Shown: positions 19,690-29,688, counted from the first letter of the stretch. The stretch is 32,000 bases of DNA from Pseudoalteromonas translucida KMM 520 (GCF_001465295.1 NZ_CP011034.1:2370001-2402000); one strand, 5' to 3'. The notes: generated by a model from the letters alone, not told the origin. Made by a program: numbers and translations.

Positions 19690-20565
19690 TTACGCTACTC
19701 TATGCTCTTGCTCAGTAGAAGGCAAGTTCATAAACTTAGCCAAAATGCGTGCCAATGTATCGCGCATTTCACGACGGTCAATAATCATGTCTATTGCACC
19801 GTGTTCAAGCAAGAATTCACTGCGCTGAAAACCTTCTGGGAGTGTTTCACGCACTGTCTGCTCAATAACACGCGGCCCTGCAAAACCAATTAATGCTTTT
19901 GGCTCGCCTACGTTAATGTCGCCCAACATAGCAAGCGATGCAGAAACACCGCCCATTGTTGGATCAGTCATAACTGAAATAAATGGTAAGCCTTTTTCTG
20001 TCATTTTAGCAAGCGCAGCACTGGTTTTGGCCATTTGCATTAATGAAATAAGTGCTTCTTGCATACGTGCGCCGCCAGATGCCGAAAAACAAATAAGTGG
20101 CATGTTATGCTCTAAGCATTGATCAACAGCGTCAACAAAACGTGCACCTACTACCGATGCCATTGAACCGCCCATAAATGAGAATTCAAATGCTACAGCA
20201 GCTACAGGAATACCTTTTAAATGTCCCTTCATTGCCACAAGCGCGTCTTTTTCACCACTTGATTTTTGCGCCGCTGTAATACGGTCAGAATATTTTTTTG
20301 AGTCTCTAAATTTAAGTACATCTTTAGGTTCGTGCTGTGTACCAAGTTCTACACGGTCACCTTCATCTAAAAAATACTCTAGGCGCTTACGCCCACTAAT
20401 ACGCATGTGATGATCGCACTTAGGACATACATTTAATGCTTTTTCTAATTCGGCTTTATACAAAATAGAATCACACGATGTACACTTAGCCCAAACACCT
20501 TCTGGAATTTCTTTACGACCTGATGCTTTTGTCGTTTTAGGTAAGATTTTTTCTAGCCAACTCAT
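19690..20565 (-). CDS. accD: Acetyl-CoA carboxylase carboxyltransferase subunit beta
   Basis: [10 protein letters not shown]... with the Cys4 zinc finger CTSCDSILY...CPKCDHH and the carboxyltransferase domain. The ATG at 20565 is preceded by GAGAG with 6-nt spacing. The 18-codon TTG-initiated extension in the ORF track is not conserved. Confidence 0.95.
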
Positions 20566-20774
20566 TTGCAACTCTCTTAATGCTGTTCTGTGTCGCGAGC
20601 TTGCATGCTTATCATGCAAACAAATTTTCTCAATTAAAACATGAATTACACTAACACGGTATCAAAAACTGGTCTTAGTAGTTGCCAGCGCTTAGGTAAA
20701 TAACCTGAACTCTGGATAATACGTTAGTAAATTTCTTAACCAGAGTTGAGGTTAAGCAGTTAAAAACCACCAAA

Positions 20775-21569
20775 TTAAATACTAATATCTGGTAAAAACA
20801 AAGGCCCTAATGGCGTTTTAGGTATGTTAAATTGTTCAGGGTAATCAACGTCTACCAGGTATAAACCGGCAGCTTTAGCGGTTGCACTTGCCTTTGCTCG
20901 CTCTTTTAAATCTAGTAATTCTTTTAGCCAAACAGGTTGTTGTTTGTGTAAGCCTATATCCATTAAACAACCCGTTATATTACGTACCATATGATGTAAA
21001 AAAGCATTGGCTTTAATATCTATAATAACGTAACTGCCTTGGCGCTGTACCGATAAATGCTGAATTGTTCTAATAGCAGTATTTGCTTGGCAGTGAATAG
21101 CACGGAACGACGTAAAGTCGTATTTACCAATTAAATACTGACACGCTTCTTGCATTTTTGTTTCATCAAGCGTGTGATGAAAGTGCGTAACACCTTCGTT
21201 TAATACCGCGCCACGAAGTGGATTATTATAAATAACATAACGATAACGGCGTGCTGTTGCACTAAAACGAGCATGAAAGTCATCTGCCACTGGCTGAGCA
21301 AAACGAATAGCAATATCTTTTGGCAGCAATGTATTCATGCCTAAAGTAAATGCCACCATATCGCGCGGTGCATCTGTATCAAAGTGTACAACTTGCCCGG
21401 TACCATGCACACCGGCATCGGTACGCCCTGCGCATACAATTGCAACCGGATGATTACAAATACGCGATAATGCTGTTTCTACTTCTTGTTGTACGCTATT
21501 TACGTGTGATTGTCGTTGCCAACCACTATAGCGTGCGCCGTTGTACTCAACTCCAAGTGCTACTCGCAT
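20775..21569 (-). CDS. truA: tRNA pseudouridine(38-40) synthase
   Basis: 264 aa. [17 protein letters not shown] and the catalytic GRTDAGVHG motif are present. It lies between fimV and accD. Confidence 0.96.
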   Translation of the reverse strand: MRVALGVEYNGARYSGWQRQSHVNSVQQEVETALSRICNHPVAIVCAGRTDAGVHGTGQVVHFDTDAPRDMVAFTLGMNTLLPKDIAIRFAQPVADDFHARFSATARRYRYVIYNNPLRGAVLNEGVTHFHHTLDETKMQEACQYLIGKYDFTSFRAIHCQANTAIRTIQHLSVQRQGSYVIIDIKANAFLHHMVRNITGCLMDIGLHKQQPVWLKELLDLKERAKASATAKAAGLYLVDVDYPEQFNIPKTPLGPLFLPDISI

Positions 21570-21665
21570 AATTACTGCTTTACCTACTGTGCTAATGAAC
21601 GGGGCATTTTATGCTATCTAGCGATGCAATAAAAGCAGCTGCGCTATAATCAAACCTATCCCGAT

Positions 21666-21701
21666 TAAAAAAGCCCGTAATGAGTGAAAATTACGGGCTT
21701 T
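21666..21701 (-). terminator. Rho-independent terminator after fimV/hubP
   Basis: 9-bp stem agcccgtaa/ttacgggct with a 10-nt loop. The minus-strand reading is followed by TTTTTT. Confidence 0.75.
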
Positions 21702-21719
21702 AAATTAATACTCTTTATT

Positions 21720-24700
21720 TTATTTAAGTTTAGCTTTTAAACTAAGCGCTTCTTGTTGAACTTCTTTAGGGCCTTTATTTATAACGTCTTCGATAACCTT
21801 AAGCGCTGAGTCAAAATCATCTATTTCGATATAAGCGCGGGCTAAGTCTAATTTAGCAGAATAACCGCCACTTTCAGCATCAACATCTGTTGGGTTATCG
21901 CCGGCCAGTAATGAGTCAAAATCACCTAACCCTACGTCCATATTCACATCATCGTAAGGTTCGTGCTCTGTATCTGCGTCGTCACTTTGCTCTAATAATG
22001 CATCAATATCTACAAATTCATCTTTGCTAGTTTGCTCAATAGTGTCGCTGTTAACAACTGGCTGTGGCGGCGCTAAAGCTGATTCATCAGCATCTAACTC
22101 ATCATTTAGTAAGTTATTAAAATCAACGTCAAACTCACTACTGTCTGCAATATCTAGCTCATCAGCATCGGCTAATTCATTTAATAATGCATCAAAGTCT
22201 GTCTGAGTTAAATCGGCCATAAACTCGTCATCAAGTTCATCATCCGATGCAACTTCATCGTTATGCGGTAACTCTGTTGGCATTAATGCCGCTTCACGGT
22301 CTACATTTGTTTGCTCATCAATTAACTTCGCATCTAACTCTTCATTTAACTGCTCAACTTGAATATCGTCTACTTCGTTAAGTAAATCATCACTAACGTC
22401 ATCATTTAATTGCTGCTCAAGCGAATTACTTGCATCAACCTCTGGTGAGGTTATTGGTAATAATTCATCTTCATTTTGCTGTTCACTATCGAGCTCTGAA
22501 AAATCGTTTTCAATTAATAGTTCATCGTCAAAGTCATCTTCTAAACTATCTAAATTACCACCTGCTAGTAGCGAGTTTGCAAGATCTTGTTCAGCTTGAC
22601 TCGAGGCCATGCCTTTAGCGTCACCATCTAGGTTATCGCCTTGTAGCTCTTGCGGGGTAAACGCTTGCTGCTCATCTGCTGCTAGTATTGCATCGTCATT
22701 CAGATCAAGCTCAGGGTATTCGTCTGCATCAAGCTCTTCGCTTGGCGCTGCTACCTCAGCCGCTCCTTCAGGCACTGACTCATCTGCTAATAATTCAGAT
22801 TCATCGTTTTCAATACCCAGAGGATCATCACCTAATTCAGCTTCTGTTACATCATTTAAATCATCAACCGACCACTCTGGGGGTTCTACATACTCTTCAT
22901 CATCGGATGCTTGTTGTAGCTCATTTAAAAGCTCATCAACACTTTTTAAATTATCATCATTATATTCTTCAAGTGCATCTTCAGGATCGAGTAACGTCTG
23001 CGATGTATCTGAGTAATCCTCTATAATTGAGTCGCCAAAATCGTCTTGCTCTTCTACTGCAAGCTCTGGTTCAAGTGCTGACTCTGTATTTTCACTTAAT
23101 GAAGATTCAACAGATTCATCGCCTTGCTCACTAACTTCGTCGATTAAGCTATCGATGTCGTCAATATCATCTAAGTCGAAGTCATCTGTTTCTTCTACTA
23201 ACTCAGCTGTATTATTTTGCTCTTCAAGCGGTGCCTCAGCCTGCTCTTCATCGCTTTGTTCACTAACTTCGTCGATTAAGCTATCGATGTCGTCAATATC
23301 ATCTAAGTCGAAGTCATCGGCTTTTTCTGCTAACTCAGCTGTATTATTTTGCTCTTCAAGCGGTGTTTCAGGCTGCTCTTCATCGCCCTGCTCGCTTGCT
23401 TCATCAATTAAACTATCGATGTCGTCAATATCATCTAAGTCAAAGTCATCGGCTTCTTCTACTAACTCAGCTGTATTTTTTTGCTCTTCAAGCGGTGTTT
23501 CAGGCTGCTCTTCATCGTTTTGTTCACTGACTTCGTCGATTAAGCTTTCGATGTCGTCAATATCAACATCATCATTTTCTTCAACTAATTCTGTCGCGCT
23601 GCTTCGTTCTTCTAGCAGATCATCATTCTGTTCGCTTACTTCATCGATTAAGCTATCGATATCGTCAATTTCATCTAAGTCAGAGTCATCTGTTTCTTCT
23701 ACTAACTCAGTTGTATTATTTTGCTCTTCAAGCGCTGTTTCAGGCTGCTCTTCATCGCTTTGTTCACTAACTTTGTCGATTAAGCTGTCGATGTCGTCAA
23801 TATCAACATCATCATTTTCTTCAACTAATTCTGTCGCGCTGCTTTGTTCTTCAAGCAGCTCATCGCCCTGCTCGTTTGCTTCATCAATTAAGCTGTCGAT
23901 ATCGTCTAAATCAAAGTCGTCGTTCTCTTCTACGAGCTCTGTAACGCTGCTTTGCTCTTCAAGCAGCTCATCGCCCTGCTCGTTTGCTTCATCAATTAAG
24001 CTGTCGATGTCGTCTAAATCAAAGTCGTCGTTCTCTTCTACGAGCTCTGTAACGCTGCTTTGCTCTTCAAGCAGATCATCGCCCTGCTCGTTTGCTTCGT
24101 CAATTAAGCTATCGATATCGTCTAAATCAAAGTCGTCATTCTCTTCTACGAGCTCTGTAACGCTACTTTGCTCTTCAGGCAGATCATCATCCTGCTCGTT
24201 TGCTTCGTCAATTAAGCTGTCGATATCATCTAAATCAAAGTCGTCGTTTTCCTCTACCAACTCTTCTGTATTGTTTGGTATTAATGGTTGCTCTGATTCT
24301 AATAAATCATCAATATCAAAATCGTCATCTTCACTTGCTAACTCCTCGCTAAAGGCAGATATTTCATCGTGTGCATCCTCACTCTCTGGTGCTACCTTGT
24401 CGCTATCACTCGATTCAATTTCTGGTAAGCTATCGTCTTCATCAAATAAGCTATCTAAATCATCGGCACTTAAAATATCATCACTGTTTTGTGATGTGTT
24501 TAAGTCTAAATCAATAGTGTCCTCTAAGCTGCTATCTGCAGGCTCATCAAAGCCTTGCTGCATAAAAATATCGAGTTCATCATCGTCTTGGCCGTCTTCA
24601 TCATCAAAAATGATGTCATCACTCAATAAGCTTTCTAACTCATCTTGATCTAATAAATTGCTATCATCTAATGAGTCGTCAAACGCTACATCGTCATCTA

Positions 24701-25760
24701 ACAGCACGTCATCTGAAATACCGTCATCTAACAGCACGTCATCCGAAATATCGTCATCTAATTGAACACTTAAATCATCCAACGGATCAGGAATAATAGG
24801 ATCGTCGTGGCTAGCTGCACTTACAACATCATCGCTGTCGTCACTGCTATAAACGGGAGTTTGCGGTAAAAACTCATCATCATCTTGGTTATTTTGTTCG
24901 GTGTTATTTGCACGTTTACGTAACAACATTACAACAGCAAAAATAATTAATAATGCAGGTATAGTCATTAACAAAATTAAAACCAACGGATTAGATAGCA
25001 AGGCCCCTAAGTCAAATTCGGCATCTTGTTTGGCGTCTTTGGTTTTTTGTTGCGCTATTATTTCATTTTGTTTGACTATTAATTCTTTAAGTTGCAGCTG
25101 TATTTCGCTGTCTTGGCCTAGTTGCTCGCGTAAGTTTTTTAGTTCTTGCGAAATACCTGTGAGTTGTTTTTTAAGCTTGTTATTCTCTACTAATATTTCT
25201 TCAACATTATTGACCGAACTTTTAAATTGCTGTTGCAGCTCAACTAATCTATTACTTTGATCCGTTTTTATGTCATTTAGTTCTTTTTGTAATTCTTTTT
25301 TAGCTTCGTCTACGTCAACTTTACGCGCTTGCGTTACTTTGGTTTGAGCTGTATTAATTTCGCTTTGCGTTAGCGTGCCGTTTTTCTTTTTTTCCCATAA
25401 CTTGTCGTCTTGTTCTGAGCGTAGTCTTGCCAGATCAGAGCTAACACTTTTTATTTCAGCTAAGGTGGGTATGTTTAAATAGGCACCACTTTGCATGTGG
25501 TTAAGGTTTTGTTCTAAAAATGAATTTGGATTTTTGTTATACAAGGCCTGCATAACTTGATAAATGCTTACAGAATTGTCAGGACGAACTTTAACAGCAA
25601 TACGCCAGAGTGTATCGGTCGGTTTTATTGGCCCTATTGCTCGTCCTTGCACACCATAGTCAACGCCTTTAGGCCCCTTTAGTTGGGTACTGTCTTGAGA
25701 GTAAACAGAAGTGACTATCAATGCAGACGCCAATATAATAAGTGAAGCTAAACCGCGCAT
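21720..25760 (-). CDS. fimV: FimV/HubP-family polar landmark protein (1346 aa)
   Basis: It has a signal peptide (MRGLASLIILASALIVTSVYS) and a LysM-like peptidoglycan-binding segment (TLWRIAVKV...IYQVMQALYNKNPNSF...SGAYLNIP). A coiled coil and a single TM helix (LVLILLMTIPALLIIFAVVMLL) follow, then about 1000 aa of extremely acidic D/E-rich sequence with tandem repeats. The C-terminus carries the FimV motif (KLDLARAYIEIDDFDSALKVIEDV). The conserved context asd-fimV-truA matches Pseudomonas and Vibrio. Confidence 0.9.
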   Translation of the reverse strand: MRGLASLIILASALIVTSVYSQDSTQLKGPKGVDYGVQGRAIGPIKPTDTLWRIAVKVRPDNSVSIYQVMQALYNKNPNSFLEQNLNHMQSGAYLNIPTLAEIKSVSSDLARLRSEQDDKLWEKKKNGTLTQSEINTAQTKVTQARKVDVDEAKKELQKELNDIKTDQSNRLVELQQQFKSSVNNVEEILVENNKLKKQLTGISQELKNLREQLGQDSEIQLQLKELIVKQNEIIAQQKTKDAKQDAEFDLGALLSNPLVLILLMTIPALLIIFAVVMLLRKRANNTEQNNQDDDEFLPQTPVYSSDDSDDVVSAASHDDPIIPDPLDDLSVQLDDDISDDVLLDDGISDDVLLDDDVAFDDSLDDSNLLDQDELESLLSDDIIFDDEDGQDDDELDIFMQQGFDEPADSSLEDTIDLDLNTSQNSDDILSADDLDSLFDEDDSLPEIESSDSDKVAPESEDAHDEISAFSEELASEDDDFDIDDLLESEQPLIPNNTEELVEENDDFDLDDIDSLIDEANEQDDDLPEEQSSVTELVEENDDFDLDDIDSLIDEANEQGDDLLEEQSSVTELVEENDDFDLDDIDSLIDEANEQGDELLEEQSSVTELVEENDDFDLDDIDSLIDEANEQGDELLEEQSSATELVEENDDVDIDDIDSLIDKVSEQSDEEQPETALEEQNNTTELVEETDDSDLDEIDDIDSLIDEVSEQNDDLLEERSSATELVEENDDVDIDDIESLIDEVSEQNDEEQPETPLEEQKNTAELVEEADDFDLDDIDDIDSLIDEASEQGDEEQPETPLEEQNNTAELAEKADDFDLDDIDDIDSLIDEVSEQSDEEQAEAPLEEQNNTAELVEETDDFDLDDIDDIDSLIDEVSEQGDESVESSLSENTESALEPELAVEEQDDFGDSIIEDYSDTSQTLLDPEDALEEYNDDNLKSVDELLNELQQASDDEEYVEPPEWSVDDLNDVTEAELGDDPLGIENDESELLADESVPEGAAEVAAPSEELDADEYPELDLNDDAILAADEQQAFTPQELQGDNLDGDAKGMASSQAEQDLANSLLAGGNLDSLEDDFDDELLIENDFSELDSEQQNEDELLPITSPEVDASNSLEQQLNDDVSDDLLNEVDDIQVEQLNEELDAKLIDEQTNVDREAALMPTELPHNDEVASDDELDDEFMADLTQTDFDALLNELADADELDIADSSEFDVDFNNLLNDELDADESALAPPQPVVNSDTIEQTSKDEFVDIDALLEQSDDADTEHEPYDDVNMDVGLGDFDSLLAGDNPTDVDAESGGYSAKLDLARAYIEIDDFDSALKVIEDVINKGPKEVQQEALSLKAKLK
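23100..24266 (-). repeat. In-frame tandem repeat array (10 units) in the acidic cytoplasmic region of FimV/HubP
   Basis: The conserved segment encoding (D)IDSLIDE recurs with plus-strand starts at 23141, 23273, 23405, 23537, 23645, 23777, 23885, 23993, 24101 and 24209. The spacings are 132, 132, 132, 108, 132, 108, 108, 108 and 108 bp. The unit consensus is ELVEENDDFDLDDIDSLIDEANEQGD-linker. Confidence 0.95.
24691..24760 (-). repeat. 30-bp tandem duplication (2.3 copies) inside fimV
   Basis: tcgtcatctaacagcacgtcatctgaaata / ccgtcatctaacagcacgtcatccgaaata / tcgtcatcta. These encode DDISDDVLLD-DGISDDVLLD. Confidence 0.9.
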
Positions 25761-26052
25761 GCTGATCCTTTAATGTTTAAATGTTAACGTAGCGCCACAA
25801 AATGGACGCATAAACATTGATTATTCTTGCCGTTATCAACCAAATGGCTGACTCACATTTTTTATTACAATCTATTTTTATTGCAAGCTCTATTCCAGTT
25901 ACAAACTATAAACCAGTTAGCCACTAATATCCATCGCAACACTTTGAAAATAAATACCTTAAATTTATAATTGAAAATATTTTAATCTGTTATATCAACA
26001 TCTTTATACGCTTTTAAATTATATGCGGCAATTAATTGACAGCCATATAAAT

Positions 26053-26089
26053 AAAAAGCGGCAAACAAATAATGTTTACCGCTTTTTTT
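26053..26089 (-). terminator. Rho-independent terminator after asd
   Basis: 10-bp stem gcggcaaaca/tgtttaccgc (one mismatch) with loop aataa, flanked by A5 and T7. It lies about 20 nt past the asd stop. Confidence 0.7.
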
Positions 26090-26108
26090 GCTTTAAAGCT
26101 ATAAATAA

Positions 26109-27125
26109 TTACATGTAGTTAGCAATAAGCTCTTCTGCAATTTGTATGCTATTGGTTGCTGCACCTTTGCGGGTATTATCACTTACAACCCACATATTTA
26201 AACCATGTGGGTGTGAAATGTCGGCGCGTAAACGACCAATGTAAACAGTGTCATTACCACTGGCATCAGATACCGCTGTTGGGTAATCGCCCGCGTCGTC
26301 AATAAGCTCAACACCTGGCGCGTCGTTTAATAATTGTTTTACGTGCTCAAGGTCATATGGCATACGTGTTTCTATATTGATTGACTCTGAATGACCAAAA
26401 AATACCGGTACTCTTACACACGTTGGGTTTACTGCAATGGTAGTATCGCCTAATATTTTATGCGTTTCGTTAACCATTTTCATTTCTTCACGGGTGTAGC
26501 CGTTATCTTCAAATGCATCTATTTGTGGGATCACGTTAAACGCAATTTGCTTAGGAAACACATCGCTGTCAACTGGGCGAGCATTCATTAAGTTAGCGGT
26601 TTGCTTTGCTAACTCATCAACCGCTTTTTTACCTGCGCCCGACACTGCTTGATATGTTGATACATTAATACGGTCAATTCCGTAAGCGTCGTATATTGGT
26701 TTTAGTGCCAACATCATCTGAATAGTTGAACAGTTAGGGTTGGCAATTATGTTGCGATTTCTAAAATCGGCTAAGCTTGCTGCGTTAACTTCAGGTACGA
26801 TTAAAGGGACTTCAAAATCATTTCTAAAAAATGAGGTGTTGTCGATTACTACACAACCAGCATCTGCAGCAATTGGCGCGTACTGCTCTGACACACCACC
26901 ACCAGCAGAGAAGAAACCTATGTGCGCTTGGCTAAAGTCAAAGCCTTCAACATCAAGTACTTCAATGGTCTCACCACAAAACTTAATGTCTTCGCCTGCG
27001 CTGCGGCTGCTAGCAAGTAAAAAAAGTTGATCCACTGGAAATTTACGATCTGCTAATGTTTCAATGATTTGACGACCAACTAAACCGGTAGCACCAAGTA
27101 CCACAACGTTATATTTTTGCGACAT
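26109..27125 (-). CDS. asd: Aspartate-semialdehyde dehydrogenase (short, about 338-aa type)
   Basis: It has the Rossmann motif VVVLGATGLVG, the active-site motif IANPNCSTIQ (catalytic Cys) and YQAVSGAGKK. It occupies the position of usg/asd between pdxB and fimV-truA. Confidence 0.88.
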   Translation of the reverse strand: MSQKYNVVVLGATGLVGRQIIETLADRKFPVDQLFLLASSRSAGEDIKFCGETIEVLDVEGFDFSQAHIGFFSAGGGVSEQYAPIAADAGCVVIDNTSFFRNDFEVPLIVPEVNAASLADFRNRNIIANPNCSTIQMMLALKPIYDAYGIDRINVSTYQAVSGAGKKAVDELAKQTANLMNARPVDSDVFPKQIAFNVIPQIDAFEDNGYTREEMKMVNETHKILGDTTIAVNPTCVRVPVFFGHSESINIETRMPYDLEHVKQLLNDAPGVELIDDAGDYPTAVSDASGNDTVYIGRLRADISHPHGLNMWVVSDNTRKGAATNSIQIAEELIANYM

Positions 27126-27170
27126 ATTTATTCCTCTTTAAGCGATATTAAAACAACATCGCTAGTTAAA

Positions 27171-28292
27171 TTAGTTTGCAACAGTAAACCCAAGCTGGGC
27201 TAAAGCGGCTAGCTGCGAGCTATCACCTTGTATTGTTAAAGTGCTAAATTCTCGTCTTACAGGGTAGTTTTTACGTAAACTATCAAAACCGTTATTCGCT
27301 AAATCACGCAGTAAAATACCGTCATCACGGCGTACGTCGTAAATTAAATGCACCAAACGCGCAATATCAGCTTCATTAAAACTTTGTCCTAATGTAGCTT
27401 GAGTAATTGCAGGCACGGGTAAAAATTCATCGAGCGACTTTGTTGCTTCTATCCCTTTGAGTTCACAAAACTTTTGATACAATATTTGTGTACCACGGGC
27501 TTTCCCTTCAAGGGTATGCCCTGCAATGTGAACGCTTGCATAGCGCACATGCTCCAGTAACTCAGTTAAAATAGTGGGTTCGTTTTCCCATACATCAAGC
27601 ACTAAATCTAAATCGGCACCCGCTTGCATCACCTCTAGTAATGCTTGATTGTCAATCACATCACCACGGCTTGCATTAATTAACGTAAGCCCGGGTTTAA
27701 GCGCTTTTAATCTGGCTTTATCCATCATATGTAGCGTTTTATGCTCGCCACTTTTTATAAGAGGAACATGAAAAGTTACAATATCTGACTGCGCGAGTAA
27801 TTGATCAAGTGCTACGTGCTCGTTTAATAAGCCTTGCGCATGTTTTATTGGATCACATAAAAGTACGGTTAAATTCAGCGCTTGTAATTTTTGCGCCAAA
27901 CAACTGCCAATACTGCCAACGCCAACTATACCTATTGTTTGATTCTTAAGTGGGCGGGCATTCTCTTGGCTTAATGCATATAAACTGCTTATTACATACT
28001 CGGCTACCGCAATTGCGTTGCAGCCTGGCGCGCTACTAAAGGCAATATTTTTATCATTTAATAATTGCGTATCAATATGATCAACACCAATTGTTGCGGT
28101 GCCAACAAAGCCTAATTTATTAGCGTGTGCTAAAAGCTCATTATTAACCAGAGTGACTGAGCGAGTAAGCAGCACATCTACGTCTATTAGTTGATCGGCT
28201 GTTAATTGTCGCCCATCAAAACGCTCAACGTCACCAATGTCTGCAAAGTACTGCTCAACTAAAGGCATATTCTGATCGGCAAGAATTTTCAT
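27171..28292 (-). CDS. pdxB: Erythronate-4-phosphate dehydrogenase
   Basis: MKILADQNMPLVEQYF matches the E. coli PdxB N-terminus (MKILVDENMP...). The D-2-hydroxyacid dehydrogenase NAD motif GIVGVGSIG is present. I prefer the ATG at 28292 to the TTG at 28310. Confidence 0.92.
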   Translation of the reverse strand: MKILADQNMPLVEQYFADIGDVERFDGRQLTADQLIDVDVLLTRSVTLVNNELLAHANKLGFVGTATIGVDHIDTQLLNDKNIAFSSAPGCNAIAVAEYVISSLYALSQENARPLKNQTIGIVGVGSIGSCLAQKLQALNLTVLLCDPIKHAQGLLNEHVALDQLLAQSDIVTFHVPLIKSGEHKTLHMMDKARLKALKPGLTLINASRGDVIDNQALLEVMQAGADLDLVLDVWENEPTILTELLEHVRYASVHIAGHTLEGKARGTQILYQKFCELKGIEATKSLDEFLPVPAITQATLGQSFNEADIARLVHLIYDVRRDDGILLRDLANNGFDSLRKNYPVRREFSTLTIQGDSSQLAALAQLGFTVAN

Positions 28293-28355
28293 ACAGAGTC
28301 CGTTTGGCAATTAAGGGTCGCTATTGTAACGAACAACCTAGGCTTTGCACAAACT

Positions 28356-28380
28356 AAAAAGCCGAGCTATGCTCGGCTTT
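28356..28380 (-). terminator. Rho-independent terminator after fabB
   Basis: aaaaa-GCCGAGC-tat-GCTCGGC-ttt: a perfect 7-bp GC-rich stem. The minus-strand reading is followed by TTTTT. Confidence 0.8.
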
Positions 28381-28401
28381 AGGTATTTAGTAAGAAACTA
28401 A

Positions 28402-29613
28402 TTAACCTTTATATTTACTCATAACTAAAGTGGCATTTGTACCACCAAAGCCAAAGCTGTTCGACATTACAGTATTTAACTCAACATCACGACGTTCAGT
28501 CACAATATCAAGGCCTGCAGCTTGCTCGTCTAGCTCATCAATATTAATTGATGGTGCAACAAAGCCATGCTCTAGCATTAATAGAGAGAAAATAGCTTCG
28601 TGAACACCCGCCGCACCTAAGGCATGGCCTGTCATTGCTTTAGTTGCGCTGATCATTGGTGAATTCCCACCAAATACGTCTTGAATCGCGCCAAGTTCTT
28701 TTACATCGCCTACTGGAGTAGATGTGCCATGCGTATTTAAATAATCAATACTTTCTACGTCTTGCATAGCTTGGCGCATACAGCGTGCAGCACCTTCGCC
28801 CGAAGGAGCAACCATGTCGTAACCATCAGACGTTGCACCATAGCCAACTATTTCTGCGTAAATATGCGCGCCACGTGCAAGAGCATGTTCAAGCTCTTCA
28901 ACCACAACAATACCGCCACCGCCAGATATAACAAAACCATCGCGGTTTGCATCGTACGTGCGCGATGCTTTTTCTGGTGTTTCGTTGTACTTAGTAGAAA
29001 GTGCGCCCATAGCGTCAAATTCCATTGCTAAAGTCCAGTGCAGCTCTTCACCACCACCAGCAAAAACAACATCTTGCTTGCCAAGTTGAATTTGTTCTAC
29101 TGCATTACCAATACAATGCGCTGATGTAGCACATGCAGAACTAATAGAGTAATTAACACCTTTAATTTTAAACGGTGTTGCTAAACATGCAGACGTGGTG
29201 CTTGCCATAGTACGTGGCACCATATAAGGACCTACACGTTTTACGCCTTTTTCGCGTAAAATATCAGCCGCTTCTACTTGCCATTTAGATGAACCACCAC
29301 CAGAACCAACTATAATACCCGTGCGCTCGTTTGACACTTGCTCGTCAGATAAACCTGAGTCTGCAATCGCTTGCGTCATTGAAATATAAGAATAGGCAGC
29401 AGCATCACCCATAAAGCGCATTGCTTTGCGGTCAACATGTTCTTTAACGTCAATATCAATTTTACCCGACACGTTGCTACGTAGCTTGTAATCGGCAAAT
29501 TCTTGGTTAAACGCAATGCCACTACGGCCTGTTTTTAACGATTCTAATACTTCTTCTTTGTTGTTACCAATACTTGATACAACACCGATACCTGTAATTA
29601 CGGCTCTTCTCAT
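28402..29613 (-). CDS. fabB: 3-oxoacyl-[ACP] synthase I (KAS I)
   Basis: 403 aa. [33 protein letters not shown] is near-identical to the E. coli FabB N-terminus. The active-site Cys context SSACATSAH is present, as are the His-His catalytic residues ([16 protein letters not shown]). It is divergent from mnmC as in E. coli. Confidence 0.96.
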   Translation of the reverse strand: MRRAVITGIGVVSSIGNNKEEVLESLKTGRSGIAFNQEFADYKLRSNVSGKIDIDVKEHVDRKAMRFMGDAAAYSYISMTQAIADSGLSDEQVSNERTGIIVGSGGGSSKWQVEAADILREKGVKRVGPYMVPRTMASTTSACLATPFKIKGVNYSISSACATSAHCIGNAVEQIQLGKQDVVFAGGGEELHWTLAMEFDAMGALSTKYNETPEKASRTYDANRDGFVISGGGGIVVVEELEHALARGAHIYAEIVGYGATSDGYDMVAPSGEGAARCMRQAMQDVESIDYLNTHGTSTPVGDVKELGAIQDVFGGNSPMISATKAMTGHALGAAGVHEAIFSLLMLEHGFVAPSINIDELDEQAAGLDIVTERRDVELNTVMSNSFGFGGTNATLVMSKYKG

Positions 29614-29688
29614 GGGTAATTCCCTTAGCTTAATACTTAATTGCGTTCTATTTTACGCGAATTTAATCACCTAAGTGGTCAGCTTTCT

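Noticed and set aside
20566-20619. N-terminal extensions in the supplied ORF track: accD +18 codons, pdxB 28293..28310 +6 codons, cvpA 17562..17570 +3 codons, and the transposase 14123..14137 +5 codons.
   Set aside because: All start at TTG and add residues absent from orthologues. Internal ATGs reproduce the conserved N-termini ([26 protein letters not shown]) or give the IS4-like length.
23100-24266. Regularly spaced direct repeats that superficially resemble a CRISPR array.
   Set aside because: The whole unit, including the would-be spacers, is repeated. The periods of 108 and 132 bp are multiples of 3, and the array lies in frame inside a long ORF with a coherent protein repeat. There are no cas genes.
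23155-24648. 497-aa Ser-rich ORF on the plus strand, plus the smaller ORFs at 22609..23016, 22688..23026 and 24901..25260.
   Set aside because: These are antisense shadows of the fimV acidic region. Asp and Glu codons (GAY/GAR) read in reverse give TC-rich Ser/Leu codons and few stops. The product is low-complexity and periodic purely because of the fimV repeats, and there is no RBS.
29671-29687. ctaagtggtcagctttc next to the FabR-like site, looked at as a possible FadR operator (TGGTC core).
   Set aside because: It matches only the TGGTC half of the FadR consensus as I recall it. It also lies on the wrong side of the FabR site relative to the E. coli fabB promoter layout.
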